Of a stretch of DNA of 64,000 nucleotides, positions 1 through 14,000 are shown piece by piece (position 1 is the first letter of the stretch; each line of letters opens with the position of its first letter). The DNA comes from Octopus vulgaris (taxonomy: Eukaryota): contig OX597815.1 in assembly GCA_951406725.2 (NCBI GenBank), positions 38,502,001 through 38,566,000 on the forward strand. The letters run 5' to 3'. The position numbers were made by a program, and so were the translations under genes. The notes below the pieces were generated by a model. The model made no database searches and was not told where the DNA came from. It saw nothing but the letters and a program-made list of their open reading frames with translations.

Positions 1-699
1 TGGGATGTAATATATGTATCACAGGTGAATGTTGTTGGTATCTATTAACTTGCAGGGTATGTATCTTTCCCCAGAGTAAATACAGGGAGTTCTTCGCCTA
101 TACTCAGTATGTTATAGCTTTTATTACTGGATACACATGTGGTACTCAAGACTCTGCCTTCATTGATTCAATGGATGTCGTCCGGGTGTACAATGTGGCT
201 CAAAAGGCAATCTGGACTGAAATCATGCCTTTGATCACTAATGATGAGGAAATTACTAGTGGGGATCAACGTTTTCTAACATCGATGTTAAAGTTTCAAA
301 TTTCTTGAAGTCCTATGAAAATTTCGTTGAGCACAGGCAGTTCAAGACGTCATGAGATATGATTTTAATTGAATGAAGAAACTTTCATTTTCATATCTTC
401 TATTATCCTGATTGGGAGCACCTATATGAGCTTAATATATGCCATCTTTTAAAGTATCTTGGAGAGAGCACCCTGTCAATGACAGATTATACATTAAGCT
501 TGCTAAAGTATCAGACATCATGAGAAAAAGAAGAGTTTATTTTGCTGGGCAATACTTGGGAAATAAAGAGGATCTGGTTAGTGACTCTCTACTTTAGACG
601 CAGTGAAGTGGTTGTAATCGGGTTGGTCGTTGTGCAAAGACATGTGTCGATCATTAGACAAATATTATTGGATATAAGAGAGAGGAACACGTTGTGGAA

Positions 700-1430
700 G
701 ATAGAGATGGGTGGTAAATCAGACTGATAAAGAAATATTTGTTACGGGTAGCTCAATGTATCGATTGCCTGATTTATAGACAAAAATGTGTGTAGTTGTG
801 CACTATCATGGTGAAATCTGATTCGTTTTCATACTCGAATCTTGTTCGTCTTTTCCTCCTAATGTTTTTTTAAAAGTATTTTAGTGCCTCAATCAAGGCT
901 CACTGTTCACAGTACAACTACGTTCCAGAATATCAAGGAGAGTGACGCCTTTGACACAGCCCTAAACAGACACCATGGTTTTCTCTGCCAATCACTGTCT
1001 CTTCAACGTTTTAGGCCTTAGAGAAGTTTGACGTCGTTCGATGGACTGTACCTTCGTTTCCAGATCATAAAAATACAACTAGGTTTAATTTCTCGTAACT
1101 ACATCTAGAAAAATGTATTTCCATTAGATTCAAAGCATCTTCATTAGCTTCAAAACCTTCCGCAATTATCTCCTTCAAAAGAGGTATCAACTGCCTGGTT
1201 AACCACTTTGCACAAACACTCTAATACTCAAAACCTTCCGCCGTCTTTGTAATACATTACAACCACTTGTCCAATTGTGCAACTAGCTCACGGATTGAAA
1301 TTTAGTTGCCAGGCATTCATTGGTGTCACTTGCTGGCGATTCCTTTCACAATTGATTGTTTCATTGCGTTGTTTGTCTTCGATGTTGTAGCTGTTCTATG
1401 ACGTCCGGTTGTTTAAGCCCAGTATCCAGT
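700..1430 (-). mobile_element. Decayed Tc1/mariner transposase relic
   Basis: Minus-strand translation across stops and frameshifts gives SVCAKWLTRQL (WVPxxL motif), LYFYDLETKVQS, KGVTLLDILERSCTVNSE, FHHDSAQ (HHDNARPH) and YQSDLPP (YSPDLAP), in mariner order. Confidence 0.75.
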
Positions 1431-1730
1431 ACTTTCAACAGATACGATAAAGAACAAGCTGGTAGATTAACTAATCTAGCAGAATGTGCAATTTGAACAA
1501 CTCACGTCAGTTAATACTGACACACTTTTGGATTGTTTTCGATAGAATCGTGGTACACATACACACACATACAATCATACACACACACACATACATCTTC
1601 ATTCTTTTACTTCTTTTAATCATTGGACTGTGTTCATTTTGTTCCATATACACCTGCATAAATTTATGTAGGCATCTATGTATGTATTTACCTGTAGGTT
1701 TATGTGTATGTATATACTCACAAACAAACA

Positions 1731-1769
<39 letters not shown>

Positions 1770-1789
1770 TATATATATAAATATATATT

Positions 1790-2180
1790 ATATATATAAA
1801 ATCCGTTCTGTCTGTGTGTGTGTCTTCTAGGATCTCGGGCATGCTCCATCTGATTGCACTCAAATATGTAGATACCGACGGTATCGGGGCGTGTATAAGT
1901 CTTGAAAAAATTACGAAAATTGATTCCAGGTGAGAATACTATCGATTACTGGTACTTTAAACTCTTCGGTTGCATATTTGTGTGAATAAAATCGTTTTTC
2001 TTTGGAATAGAAAAAAGTCTATCTTTATTTCTTCTTTTGCTAGTGTCTCAAATTTAGGTTAAATCAATGTTTCTCAAAGGGGATGCCTATGGGGTGGTCG
2101 GACAAGTTGTTTTGAGAAAATTCGGTTTAAATGCTTGACAACTCAGCACCGTCCATTGGACGGGGTGGGGAGTTTTGCCC
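1790..2180 (+). mobile_element. Possible non-autonomous Helitron-like element
   Basis: Starts TATATATAAA...TCTGTCTGTGTG and has a GC hairpin CCGTCC-att-GGACGG near the end (2149-2163). No CTRR directly follows the hairpin; the nearest CTAG is at about 2351. Confidence 0.35.
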
Positions 2181-2181
2181 G

Positions 2182-2212
<31 letters not shown>

Positions 2213-3992
2213 CAAATTTACAGAAACAAAAGACGAAGACAGGTGTAGGAAAAACAAGCAGGTGTATTAGTTAAACGCTCGGGGAAAATGGAAAAGTCAT
2301 TTACATTTTGAGCCTACGCTCTTTGACTAAAAGGATAGTGCCTGAGCGTGCTAGTCTGTGTGTGTAAATCTGAAAGTCGTTGTATCTTCAGTTAATTAGT
2401 TACTTGAATAATTAATCCTATTTACTACCCATTTTCAAATAAAGAAGGGTAATCATATTGAAATAGCCGAATTGATTTATTTAATATATTAAAGCATTCA
2501 AACGCAAAGATACACTAACATACGTTCACTCAATCATAAACACAATCATAAACATTGTCACAAACGAGCACACAATCATATTTAAAATTGCATCCATAAT
2601 CATACAATTACTAAATATCTTCGAAATATAACAGCTCCTATTAATTGACGTTTCCACTGCTTTCCTTTCGAACATTTATTTTTTATTGTATCTAAAATAT
2701 AATATCTGGAATTAATTATTTTCAAATATATGTTTGAAATATCACTCCATCTATATGATTTGAAATAAATTGTTTGAAAGCATATGAATCGTGTATTCAG
2801 AAAGCTTTTCAAAATATTACACGATTAGATTTATCCGAGAATTGCTTAAAAAAAAAACATGATTGAAACGTTTAATTAGTTTATGCAACCTTCAAATAAA
2901 TTCGTTTTATTAACATTTGAAATCTAATATGAAGCGATTAGATTAATGTGTTAATAATGCATTTAAGCTTATTTGTTGTTTCGCTTTTAATTTCATATAA
3001 TATATATTGATGTAATACCGTTTCATTTCGTATTGGCATAAATGCCCGTTAATTTGAATCAAAGGGAAAATTCGAATTTGTCTTGGCAAGGTCTCCCTCA
3101 CCGACGCACTCTATTCTCTAGCTGAGAATTTCACTGCCTCTTCACACTGACTCTTTTGTCTGTCCTGAGAGCTATGAGAGCCGTATAAATGTATAATTCG
3201 TCCACTCAAATCTCACCTTCATCCATCATTTATCCAGGTTTTCCATTCTTATGTTTCACACAAATTACAATGTCTAATATTTTCGTCCCCAAAACATCAA
3301 CAATGTGGAATTCTGTTCTATTCATATCTTTCGTGCATACACCGGCATGCAGATGTTCAAACTCAATATCAACCGTATGAATGTCACCAATTTGAAAGAT
3401 ATGCGACGGTTATCTGTACATCTCCTATCCTCCTGGGTCACACTAACAAAATAATGCTTTCTCAAGAGCTTGACCGTTAACATGGAATCTAATTCAGTTC
3501 TAATAAGCATACGGAATATCTCACTTTTTATTTTCATTGTTGTATAAACCAGGTTAGCGTTGGATTAAATGATCTATGATTAAAGATTATAAATCATTTC
3601 TCAAGTATCTTAAGGAAATTATAGCTACTCTTCTCACATGTACATAGAGCGAACGCATAGAGATTCCTTCGTTAGATCATTAGATATTACTTCTGTAAAT
3701 GTGGTGGACATAAACGGTAAGACACTTTGATGTATAAGTAAAATGCTAATATATTTTTAACATATGCACACACACGGGGTGGAAGGGCATCATATTCATG
3801 CGATCATTTCTTCTGGTCATATCGCCCAAAGAAACGAATGCATGAATATGATCCTCCCGATGTTCATGAATACTACAGACTGTACTGTAATCATCTCAGG
3901 CAAACGGACTATGAGCTTAAGAAACATGTGAATTGTGGAAACGCGCGTAACGATGCATTAAAAAATTTATAAATTCCATCCATCCATCCATT

Positions 3993-3993
3993 A

Positions 3994-4074
<81 letters not shown>
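3993..4074. repeat. (TTA)n microsatellite forming the tail/target of the adjacent R4/Dong element
   Basis: Direct read of the tandem repeat. Confidence 0.97.
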
Positions 4075-4590
4075 GTCGCACAGTATACAATATCGTAAGG
4101 TTATTGATTGAAGATATTGTGTCTACCGGGGGTTTTACTGTTTGTCAAGTCACAACAAGGACCTCAGACTGACAGTACTTTACGCAATATGTGTACTGTT
4201 CCATGTGATTTTTTTTTATTCAGATTGTGTGGTCTTGAACCCAATACTCCGATGACAATAGAGATAACCTTTATGTTTCACTCTCATCGCTGCCACATCT
4301 TAGCGATCTCAATTCTCAGGTCTCCATATTTATCAACTTTTTATCTTTCTTTCATGATGATATGTTGATCTCCTGGCGCTGCTACGTCGATTATTAGACA
4401 CTCTTGTTTGTCCCTCCTAAAGGTTGCAATATCCGACCTTCGTTGCTCTAACACTTTGTCTGTCTAGAAATAAAAATCTCCGAGGAATTTTGCCTTCCCC
4501 TTTTCGTCTATTACCTTTTCCGGTGTATGTTGGTACTAAGTACCCGTAACCTCATATCCATACTTACGACATAGTAGCCACAGCATGTTT
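4075..4590 (-). mobile_element. R4/Dong-like retrotransposon, 3' fragment (RLE end plus 3' UTR)
   Basis: Minus strand encodes WLLCRKY, IVIGVLG and GTVHILRKVLSV*, followed by a 3' UTR and a (TAA)n tail. Confidence 0.85.
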
Positions 4591-5785
4591 GTTACATTCA
4601 CTCGCCGAGACACACCAGCGGCCTAGGGTGAGTAAAGGATGTTACAGTATGACTGAAAGTTTGGGGAGGGGAAGTGGCAGGGACAGTAGCAAAATATCTT
4701 CATGTAATACAACACATACATTTAAATTGATAGTGCTTTTCTCAGGATTTGGACAGTACTTGTCGGCACAATCTTTTGGGTTTCTCTCAAACATGATTCT
4801 CCTGGGATATTATCTATATGCTTCTAACATCCCTTTCTTACCATACCAAGGACACCCACAATAACACGAATAGTCCTCGCTTAAAGATGCCACATTTTTT
4901 GTATTTCAATTTCCAGGTCTTTATATTTACTTAATTTGTCAAATTCCTTTACAGGTATACTTTTATCAGTGGGAACACATACATTTATTAGTCTACAAGA
5001 ATTTTCTTCTCTATCTTTAATAACTATGTCTGGTCGATTATCTTGAATCTTTCTGTCGGTGTTGACTGGAAAATTCCAGAGGATAGTGAGATTTTTACCT
5101 TCAACAACAGACTCAGGATGCTGTTCATACCAGTATGCAGGAGTGCTGATTTTGTAGCGTTTACATATTTTCCAATGTAAATACTGTTCTACCCTATCAT
5201 GGCAATGTTTGTATTCGTTTGGTGTAAGCACAGGATATTCCGAGATGAGATGGGTTATTGTTTCATCAAATTTATCACAGAATCTGCAGTTAGAGTCAGA
5301 ATAGTTTTGAAGAACGTTAGCCTGGTAGTTTTTGGTAAGCAAACTTTGATCTTGGGCCACCAGTATGAAACCTTCTGTCTCTGCTTTCGGTCTTGAGGTT
5401 CTCAGTCACTGATGGCTTGTTTTGTCTACATCAGCATTTCGGTTTCGAAGTACATACTGTCCATGCAGAGGCTTCTGGCCCCACAGCTCCTCGATTTGTT
5501 TCTGCCCTTTCTTTTTTGCAGTCTGCTTGATCCGTTTTGCTCTTTTCGTGGCAGTGGTTTCGAGTTCTTTATCTAATTCAGGGTTAATGCCAAGTTCCCT
5601 TGCGAATTTGCAAGCTTCCTTGACAATAGAATGTGATCTTTTGCTGCTTTCATATTTGCACACAAACCCCAGCATTCATTCCTTCGTACTAGACAAGTAC
5701 TTGTTCATAGCTATTATGGAGGTCTTGTTGCACAGTTCTATCTGAATCATTTCTTCTTCTTCTTCTTCTTCTTCTTCTTCTTCTT

Positions 5786-5816
<31 letters not shown>

Positions 5817-5817
5817 A

Positions 5818-5877
<60 letters not shown>

Positions 5878-6128
5878 AACAGTATACATTTTAAACCCAT
5901 GCCTTGTGTTACTCAGGTCGTTTTAGAGTGGGATCAGTGCCTTGCAAAAGAGTAATGGGGAGAAGGAGTCACCTTGAAAGATGCCTCGATTGATGTTGAT
6001 GTTGTTAGATTGGCTCTTCCCATTACTATTGTTTAGAAGGAGACGTATATTCCACTTGGCCATACTACATTGTAAGAATTTGGAGACTACAGGAGAGATC
6101 TTGTATATCTTAAGGTTCTTTATCATTC
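4591..6128 (-). mobile_element. R4/Dong-like retrotransposon, 5'-truncated and internally deleted
   Basis: ORF 5923-6126 has RGIFQGDSFSPLLF (RT). ORF 5406-5675 has KPLHGQY. ORF 4881-5360 has AQDQ, CRFC-x-H-x-E(C), NRPDIV and KYKDLEIEIQKMW. A (GAA)n/(TAA)n tract at 5751-5875 sits where the RT C-terminal part is missing. Confidence 0.9.
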
Positions 6129-6186
6129 TTTTTCTTCTTCTTCTTCTTCTTCTTCTTCTTCTTCTTCTTCTTCTTCTTCTTCTTCT

Positions 6187-6246
<60 letters not shown>

Positions 6247-6542
6247 CTTACAATAGATGGGCACAGATCAGTGCAACCCCCACAAATTGTTATTGACAGT
6301 TAGTGTCATTAGGCTGTAGCCGGCATAATAAAATAGGAGTCTTTATATGCATATTCAAAAAGTTTACCGTAAACGAACTTAAAGGATATATATATGTATG
6401 TATGTATGTATATATATATGCATGTATGTATGTATGTATGTACGTTTGAATGTAGGTATGTGTGTATGTATGTACGCATATTATATTACATGAAAAGGCG
6501 GCGAATTGGCAGAATCGTTAATAGGTATATATATATAACATG

Positions 6543-6577
<35 letters not shown>

Positions 6578-6686
6578 GTTTGTGTGTGGACACAACTCTC
6601 TAGGATCATATATATTGTCTTTACGCTTTAATCCGTTAAAAGCAGCCCTGCTGCTACTACATCTACTAATGCTGCTGTTACTACTG

Positions 6687-6718
<32 letters not shown>

Positions 6719-9700
6719 TCTACTGATACTGCAATCGATACTATTGCTGCTCTTGATTTTGCAGATGTTGCTACTGTCTTCGTAATCTAACCGCAGGCCA
6801 GCCTTGTTTAACCAGACCCAACAGCATTCCAGCTTTTGACCATCGAGTATTTTTAGAAGTATACAGTGCTATATTGTCTAGTTTGCGCATCTCTTCTTAA
6901 AATAGTCCAGAGCCATTCAAACAAATTTAGATACTATATCTAATCGACAACGTAGATTCTATTTTGTTGGGTCAACATTTCTCATAAGACTGGGAATAGC
7001 TAAACTCGTGGAATTTGTTGAACTCATAAGTTAAACATGTTTTTTTTTCTGTAGAAAATGCACATCTTTACCTTTTGATAACAAATAGGATAAACCTAGG
7101 TTTAGTATACAAAAACTTTTGCCCGAGCTATGCACATTTACTCATTTGTGTTAGCTATCAAGCTGGATACCTAAACTAACAATTCGACTGTAACTAAATG
7201 GCAGTAATATAGCAAATCTTGTTTTTGTTAGTTTTTTGTTCGTGTTACTAAATATAACTTACAAGATTACTGAAATTTTACTTAAGCCGCTTAGAGAGAG
7301 ATTTAACTTGCTTTCACGACTTACTTCATTATCATGTAGCACAACATTGACTGATGTAATTTTATTCTAACATAATAACTAATGATGTTTTAATTAACAA
7401 TGAGCCTTTAGGCAATTATCAAGTATATTTGATTTCTTCGTTAGACATATTGTAAAGATAAGTAGTTAAATATTTAGAAATACATGAACAATCTTGTAGT
7501 TTCAACATGTCAAGTACGATTGGAAGATTTACGAAGTAGCGCCTCTTAAGAATACATTTCACACATTTAATATTCTGAAAAGACTTTGACATTTCTAAAA
7601 CAAGTTTAATGAGAAGAAAACTTATACAAATTATGTATGATAAAATTTTCCTATTATCTGCTGTCTCACAGTCTGTCTCTATCTGTCTCTCTTCTCTCCA
7701 CTTCTATCTCTCCCTCACTCTCTCATTGCCTCTCTCTCTCCCTCTCTCACTCACTCTTTCACTCGCTTGCTCTCTTACTTCACTTGTACATGTGCATATA
7801 TAATTGCTTCCATATCATGGGCTTTTGGTTCACTAGAGCAGTGCATAACTATCAATACAGTATTAGTAATCTTAAAGCTGTGATGTGCAACTTTTGCTAA
7901 CATGCATTTTAAGGCCATTTCAACTTTAATGAAAATATACTTGAGTAATTTGCATTACTAGCCATGTTTGGCATTACCATTTGGCATTACCATTTGGCAA
8001 ACTGCCCCTGTATAAACATTACATTTTAAATTTATTAGAAGGGAAATTATATTCTTCGAATCACACCACATCAATTTAAATGCATTTCTGAACTGAGGAT
8101 CTTCTCCATATTCTTCTTCATCGACTTTGTTGATCTATACGTCTTCCTTCGAACAAAATTCGATTTAAACAGTTGATATGACTTAACATTGCCTATTTCC
8201 ACATTATAGACTTCAATTAACGCCACCACATTCCCGTAAGCTTGTATACGCACGTGCATCTACCTCCATAGCATCATACAACGGAACATCATGTAACTAT
8301 ACCAAGAAAACATATCAGCAACTCAGCATTTTTAGAGTTCTTAAACTAAATAAAGATCAAGTACTTGATCTAATACTTTACCGCACTAATTTCATATTAC
8401 CAAAATGATACCGTAGATGCCAGGTTTCCATCTCAAAACATTTGCTGTCCTGTTAGACGGTACAGCATATTTTCTGTATTTGGAAATGGCCAATTATTCA
8501 GGGCTGCATCTAATTAATCAGATGCTCTTCAAAACTTCTAAACTATATTCTAAATTAGGATATTTATTTGATAGACGAAATTACTCAAACTTCTTCCAAT
8601 TTTTGATTGTTCTACTGTAATTACTGAAAGAATTTTCCTCTGAAATTTGTGACTGTATCAATTGCCAAATTTCACCTATCCCCGAAGTTTTATATGTTTT
8701 CCTTCTGTCAGCCTTATGATACCTCACATCCTAGAGTATTTTCTGCAGAGATCATTTACACAAGTTATCTTTTTAGACTGAACTTCAATTCAGATATTGA
8801 ATTTAAATTCATAACTTACAGTACCTGTTATCCAGAAAGCAAAGGTATTTGTCTTTACAGCTCAGACACATTTTTATTTAGTAGTTGTACATTGGATGCA
8901 ATATATTTCATAATAAGATTTTGAATGGGGTAATAGTTTTAGCGGATTTCTGAAATTAAATAATATATTACACCAGTATTTCGAAATTAATGCTTCACAA
9001 AGAAAAAAATTAGATTTTTGCTACAGCGTCCAAGTCTAAAGACAACGCTAGATATCAGCTCGCAACGACTGGAGACTAGATTCTTTTCAGATTTATGATA
9101 ATACGATATTATCGCTGAATTATGATTGCCCATCACTTCGATATGTACAGTATATGTCAACACAGGCAGACACGCACACACGTCCACACACACACACATA
9201 CATTAATGTTATAAAACTATAATATAAATGACAGTCTCAATCTAGGAATATATATTTATGTTATATGGCTGACATGTTCATACAAATGATAGTGGTAGTG
9301 GAGGGTTTGGTGAAATGTCGTTTCTACTGTGAGTAGTTTAACGGCTATTTTCTGTGTTATTGGCATACTTTATTTAGCATCTAGTTTTATGTCGAACAAA
9401 TCTTCCTTTCCTTTCTTGATGCAACTTTATTTCTATACCTATCCATCATGTACTTCAGATTAGTACTTATATAGCATAAATTATGTCCAGCACCAATTTT
9501 AAAACTGCTTGTTTGGTTTTACAAGAAACCTGCTTCTCAACATTTAACTCTTCATAATATACTGACCCCAAATTCTAGAGTTATTTATTCCAGCAAATGT
9601 CGTATTGAACAAGCTCTTTTAAATAAGACTATCACGAAGATATAGATGTTTTATAATCTTTGAGTATTATCTGTAGAAAATTGCATCGAAATCTGACAGC

Positions 9701-10695
9701 AACATTTAGAAATTAGCATTTCAGAACAAAATTTAAAATTTGTAAGAAGATAAACCTGGTGGTAAACGATTTTGATATTATCGGTCAAACTCTGTTTATT
9801 TCATTATATTCTATTTTTCATTTTGCTTCTAAAACCCCGAGATCCTTTGATTTTATCCATCTAACCTAGCATTACCGTTTATTACTATAGAATCGTCTTA
9901 ATAAATAACGATCAGATGCCGGAAAAAGTAAAATAATCTCGTGTCTTTCCAAAAATATTAGAATCCATATGGTACCTGTGAATATTGCTTTTGCCTTCAA
10001 TATGCTGCATATTGGCTGAGTACAGCAGAAGTGGCTATCCCGAAGTTTAAACTTTTGATCAAAATATGTTCAATGAAAAAATGAAATTAGGTAACTCCTT
10101 AGCACCTGCACAAATATACATTATTAGAAAAGTTATGAGAGAAGAAAACATCAGAGGTTACATCAGGATTTGGGTTACGGTTGTGGTTATGATGGAGAAA
10201 TTTAATATTTCCAAGATTATTATTTTTTCTAAATTTTCGATAATACTACTGTTTCATAACGTTGAATTTTTATGCGACGAATAACAAGCTGTCTGTTTTT
10301 TCTATGTCTGTCTACTCTTAAATGTGCTCCAACCGTGTACAATTGAGATAATCAATATATTTAACATATTCGGCATTTTTATATCATCGTTTGAAATTTG
10401 CAGAAGATATTAATTGACACAAGGTGACATCATATGCAATTTGCCTTTGATCTTTTCTTGAACCAGCCGAGAAACCGCTACGTCGACACTCGACTAGCTA
10501 GAAATAACAAATCAACTCAAATCCTACAGACTTTATATATATAATGGCACATAGTTCTTGAAATTTAAAACAGCTGGAAAGTTTTGAGTGAAAAGCATTT
10601 CATCATTTGTCTGATCGATACGAGCTGACATGGGCCCAAACAATGATAGCAAGCCCTGCATATTTAAGGGTATTGATTAGACGATGCTATCGACT

Positions 10696-11027
10696 CTAGT
10701 GCTTGACTGTTACTTTATTAATTGTTCCTGCAGTAATTGGGGCATTTGCTACAGCACCCAGACTTGTACCTAGGAAGGTGGCAATCTCATCTTTTAGTGG
10801 CATGTATTTCTCAAACTTTTCCAGTTTTTTAGCGGCCACTTCTACAGTTTCAGGTATGGCAATATCTATGCTCTTAAACATCTTATCACATACAACAATA
10901 TCAAGTTTCTGAGCATCGATCAGTGAATCACACTGGATGTAAAAGGTTTGACACTCATTATGCACGAACATAAACCCTTCTGGTTTATGTTCGTACAATT
11001 CCTTCTGATTTACACTTGTACTTTATT
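10696..11027 (-). mobile_element. R4/Dong-like RLE-domain fragment with a short oppositely oriented piece
   Basis: ORF 10696-10998 has YEHKPEG, KLDIVV, IDIAIP and EKYMPLKDEIA. Plus strand 10703-10765 encodes IVPAVIGAFATAP, resembling the C-terminal IPVVIGALG motif. Confidence 0.75.
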
Positions 11028-13463
11028 GTCTTTGCACAGCTTCTAACACTGGAGATGTACAACGCTGCAAGCTGTTCACTATCAGTGAACGAATGTAACA
11101 CCCATTATTTTTCAAGCACTATCCGGAGTATTCGAGCAGTTACAAGCAGTACTGTTTTCTGCAAGCGCTGCACCCTTATTACAGCCCCTATTTATTCCAT
11201 GTATTTCTCAAGATCTTTACTCAGTGCTGTCAAGTACTTGTTGCAAAGTGTCCAATGGACAATCCTTGCTATATTATCATGACGTCTCTTATATTCCTTC
11301 TGGGTTAGTACACTGGTAATATGTCATACGGTTTCACCATTTTGTCCACAAGTTCTGCACTTATCATTTTCTGATGTGTTGTCTATTCTGTATTTGATGT
11401 AATTCGTTCTTAGTGCTTGATCTTGGACAGCACAGCTTAGAGTCTCCGTTTCCAGTTTTAAATCAGTTTTAATCATCCATAGCCATCTTTTTTCTCTGTC
11501 TGTCTTATTTTCAACATCCCTATGAAATTGTCTATGCAGTCTTTTCTTTATCCACCTATTTTCAGTTTCATTCATTCTCAAGTCCTTGTACAGTGCTTTA
11601 TCTTTGCAATCTTCCATCATACACAAGCCTGACCTTAATTCCAATAATAGTGGTTCTGTAGCATTTTTACATACCATGCTATGTTGTTTTCTTCTGCTCT
11701 AATGCTGTGTTCGCATCCAATCAGTCCTCTTCCACCTCTTTTTCTTGGTACATACAGTCTACTCCCATATCTAGTCGGCAACTTTCTTGTCTTTCTGTCT
11801 AAGCTGTTTAGTTCGTCTACTGTCCATGCGATTACCCCTGCTCCATATCTAAGGAGTGAAACCATCTAAGTATTGATAGCTTCAATGTTATTCCGTCCGT
11901 TTAATTTCGACTTAAGAATCACTCAATCTACACAAGTACTCCACCTTAAAGTTTTCTGTCATTTATTTCTCCATCAATTTATCCATTTCCAATATCCCCA
12001 AGTACTTATAGCCCATCACTTCTATCTGCTGCACAACATCCCCCGACGGTATCGTTAGCCCGTCCATACATTTGATTTTGCCTCTCTTCAAGACTAACAC
12101 ACACACCTTTTTAGTCCGAACTCCATTCTGATATCAGCACTGAAAGTATACACCGTATCACCAGGGGAAGTTTGAGTTTATCCATGAATAACAAATGGTT
12201 GACTTTTTCTTGGCGGCTTTTAAAAACATACTCTGCTTTTGCTTTCCTCAGAATCAGTGTTAGTGATATCATACACAGTACAAATGTCATTGGGGACATG
12301 CAGTTCCCTTCGAAGATGCCACTCCTGATTTGTATTGCCCCTAAACGTTTTCCATATGCTGTCAGTTCCGTTCTGCACTTCGCTAATCGCTCGACATTCG
12401 ATGGAATACCAAATAGGTTCATACATTCCATTATCAAAGAATGTGATGTCAACACATATCCTACACCCTACGATAATCGATCCTTGACATGGCTAAGTTA
12501 CTTTTCCTCCTCTTGCAGTCTCTAAGTACAGTTTTGTCTACCAGGAGTTGATTCTTGGTTCCTCTGCACTTACACTTGCAACCATTCTGCTCATGTGGCA
12601 GGATTCCATTTTTCAAGATGATCGTACATTGGCTCTGCAACTATTCCAGTCAATAATTTCCACATAAGTGGCAAGCAGGATATCGGCCTGTAATTGTCTA
12701 GCGTATTGTCAACCACTCTGCTGTTACTTGATCGGCATTTAACAAGGTATTGAGTTGTGCAGCTATTCGTGCATAACATTTACCAAATCATAGCCTTGAA
12801 CTCCATCTGGTCCCGGGACCTTCCAGTTGCCCATTTCTTTGCTGATTGCCTTCACTTCTCTAACTGAAATGACTAGTTCTGCCTCTTTTGGACAGACTGC
12901 TGTTTGTTTCAGTTCTTGTAACCATTCAGCAGCATCCTTCTTGTGCTCCTTGTCTTTGCTCCAGTTGTCACTCCAAAACCTTTGACTTTCAATATTATCT
13001 GGTATCAACTTCTCATCTGTACACTCTCCATTTATTTCGTTGTAGAATCTCTTCTGATCTACACTAAATAAACTGTTCTGCTGGTAACCCTTTATTCTTT
13101 GGTCGTATCTTATCATATATGCTTTCTTTGCAACGATGCATTGTTTCAGTTCCTCCATTAACACTTTCAGGTCCTTTATTTAAATATTATACTTCCTTTT
13201 CAGTACCCTGTATTTTTGTTCGTTTTTAAGTTCACCCTTTTCTTTTCGGTCTAAAAAAGAAATGTCCTTCGAGAGCATATCTAACCCCTTTCCACCACGG
13301 ATCTTTTCTTTTGTCACTCCCATTATATTTCTTTTTCTTGACATCAACGCCCACATTTTCTGCTACAACAATACTTGCTAACTTGATCAAATTTTTTTGT
13401 TTATGTGCTGTTTTTTGTTCTGATGTATTCCAGAATCTCATTCATATTTTTTCTCCAGAAAAG
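11028..13463 (-). mobile_element. R4/Dong-like retrotransposon, degenerate and 5'-truncated
   Basis: Minus-strand ORF pieces carry [56 protein letters not shown] and LQKTVLLVTARILRIVLEK*. The RLE core is deleted. 3' UTR at 11028-11105. Confidence 0.9.
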
Positions 13464-13565
<102 letters not shown>

Positions 13566-13794
13566 CATCATCATCATCATCATCATTATCATCTTCATCA
13601 TCATTGTTATTATCATTATTATTATTAAAAAGTTAAAATTAAAAGAAGAGTGTCATTGTTATCTACTGAATTGTTATCTGTCTGTTTTCAACTAGTTCAA
13701 AAAATAAATTTTTCAATCTACTTCATTTTGATTAACATAAAAGTCTGAGGCAACTCCTCCAGAAGATATAGAGTCAAAATTAAAAGAAGAGTAC

Positions 13795-13908
13795 AAATTC
13801 CGCCGAGGTCGATTTTGCCTTTTATCCTTTCGGGCTCGACAAATTAAGTACCAGTCCAGTACTGGTGTCAATGTGATTGACACTCCCCCTCCCCTCAAAT
13901 TCCAGGCA
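13795..13908 (+). mobile_element. SINE family A, 5'-truncated
   Basis: AAATTCCGCCGAGGTCGA...TCCTTTCGGG.TCGA.AAATTAAGTACCAG matches the copies at 43683 and 46730-47630. Followed by (TTA)n. Confidence 0.8.
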
Positions 13909-13938
13909 TGGAAACGATTATTGTTATTACTATTATTT

Positions 13939-14000
<62 letters not shown>

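Noticed and set aside
1-700. Possible decayed LINE endonuclease
   Set aside because: No convincing motif series could be read.
2300-2335. Hammerhead-like GAGC-GTAG-GCTC hairpin on the minus strand
   Set aside because: Both core strands are mutated, so it is too degenerate to call, though it may be a PLE remnant.
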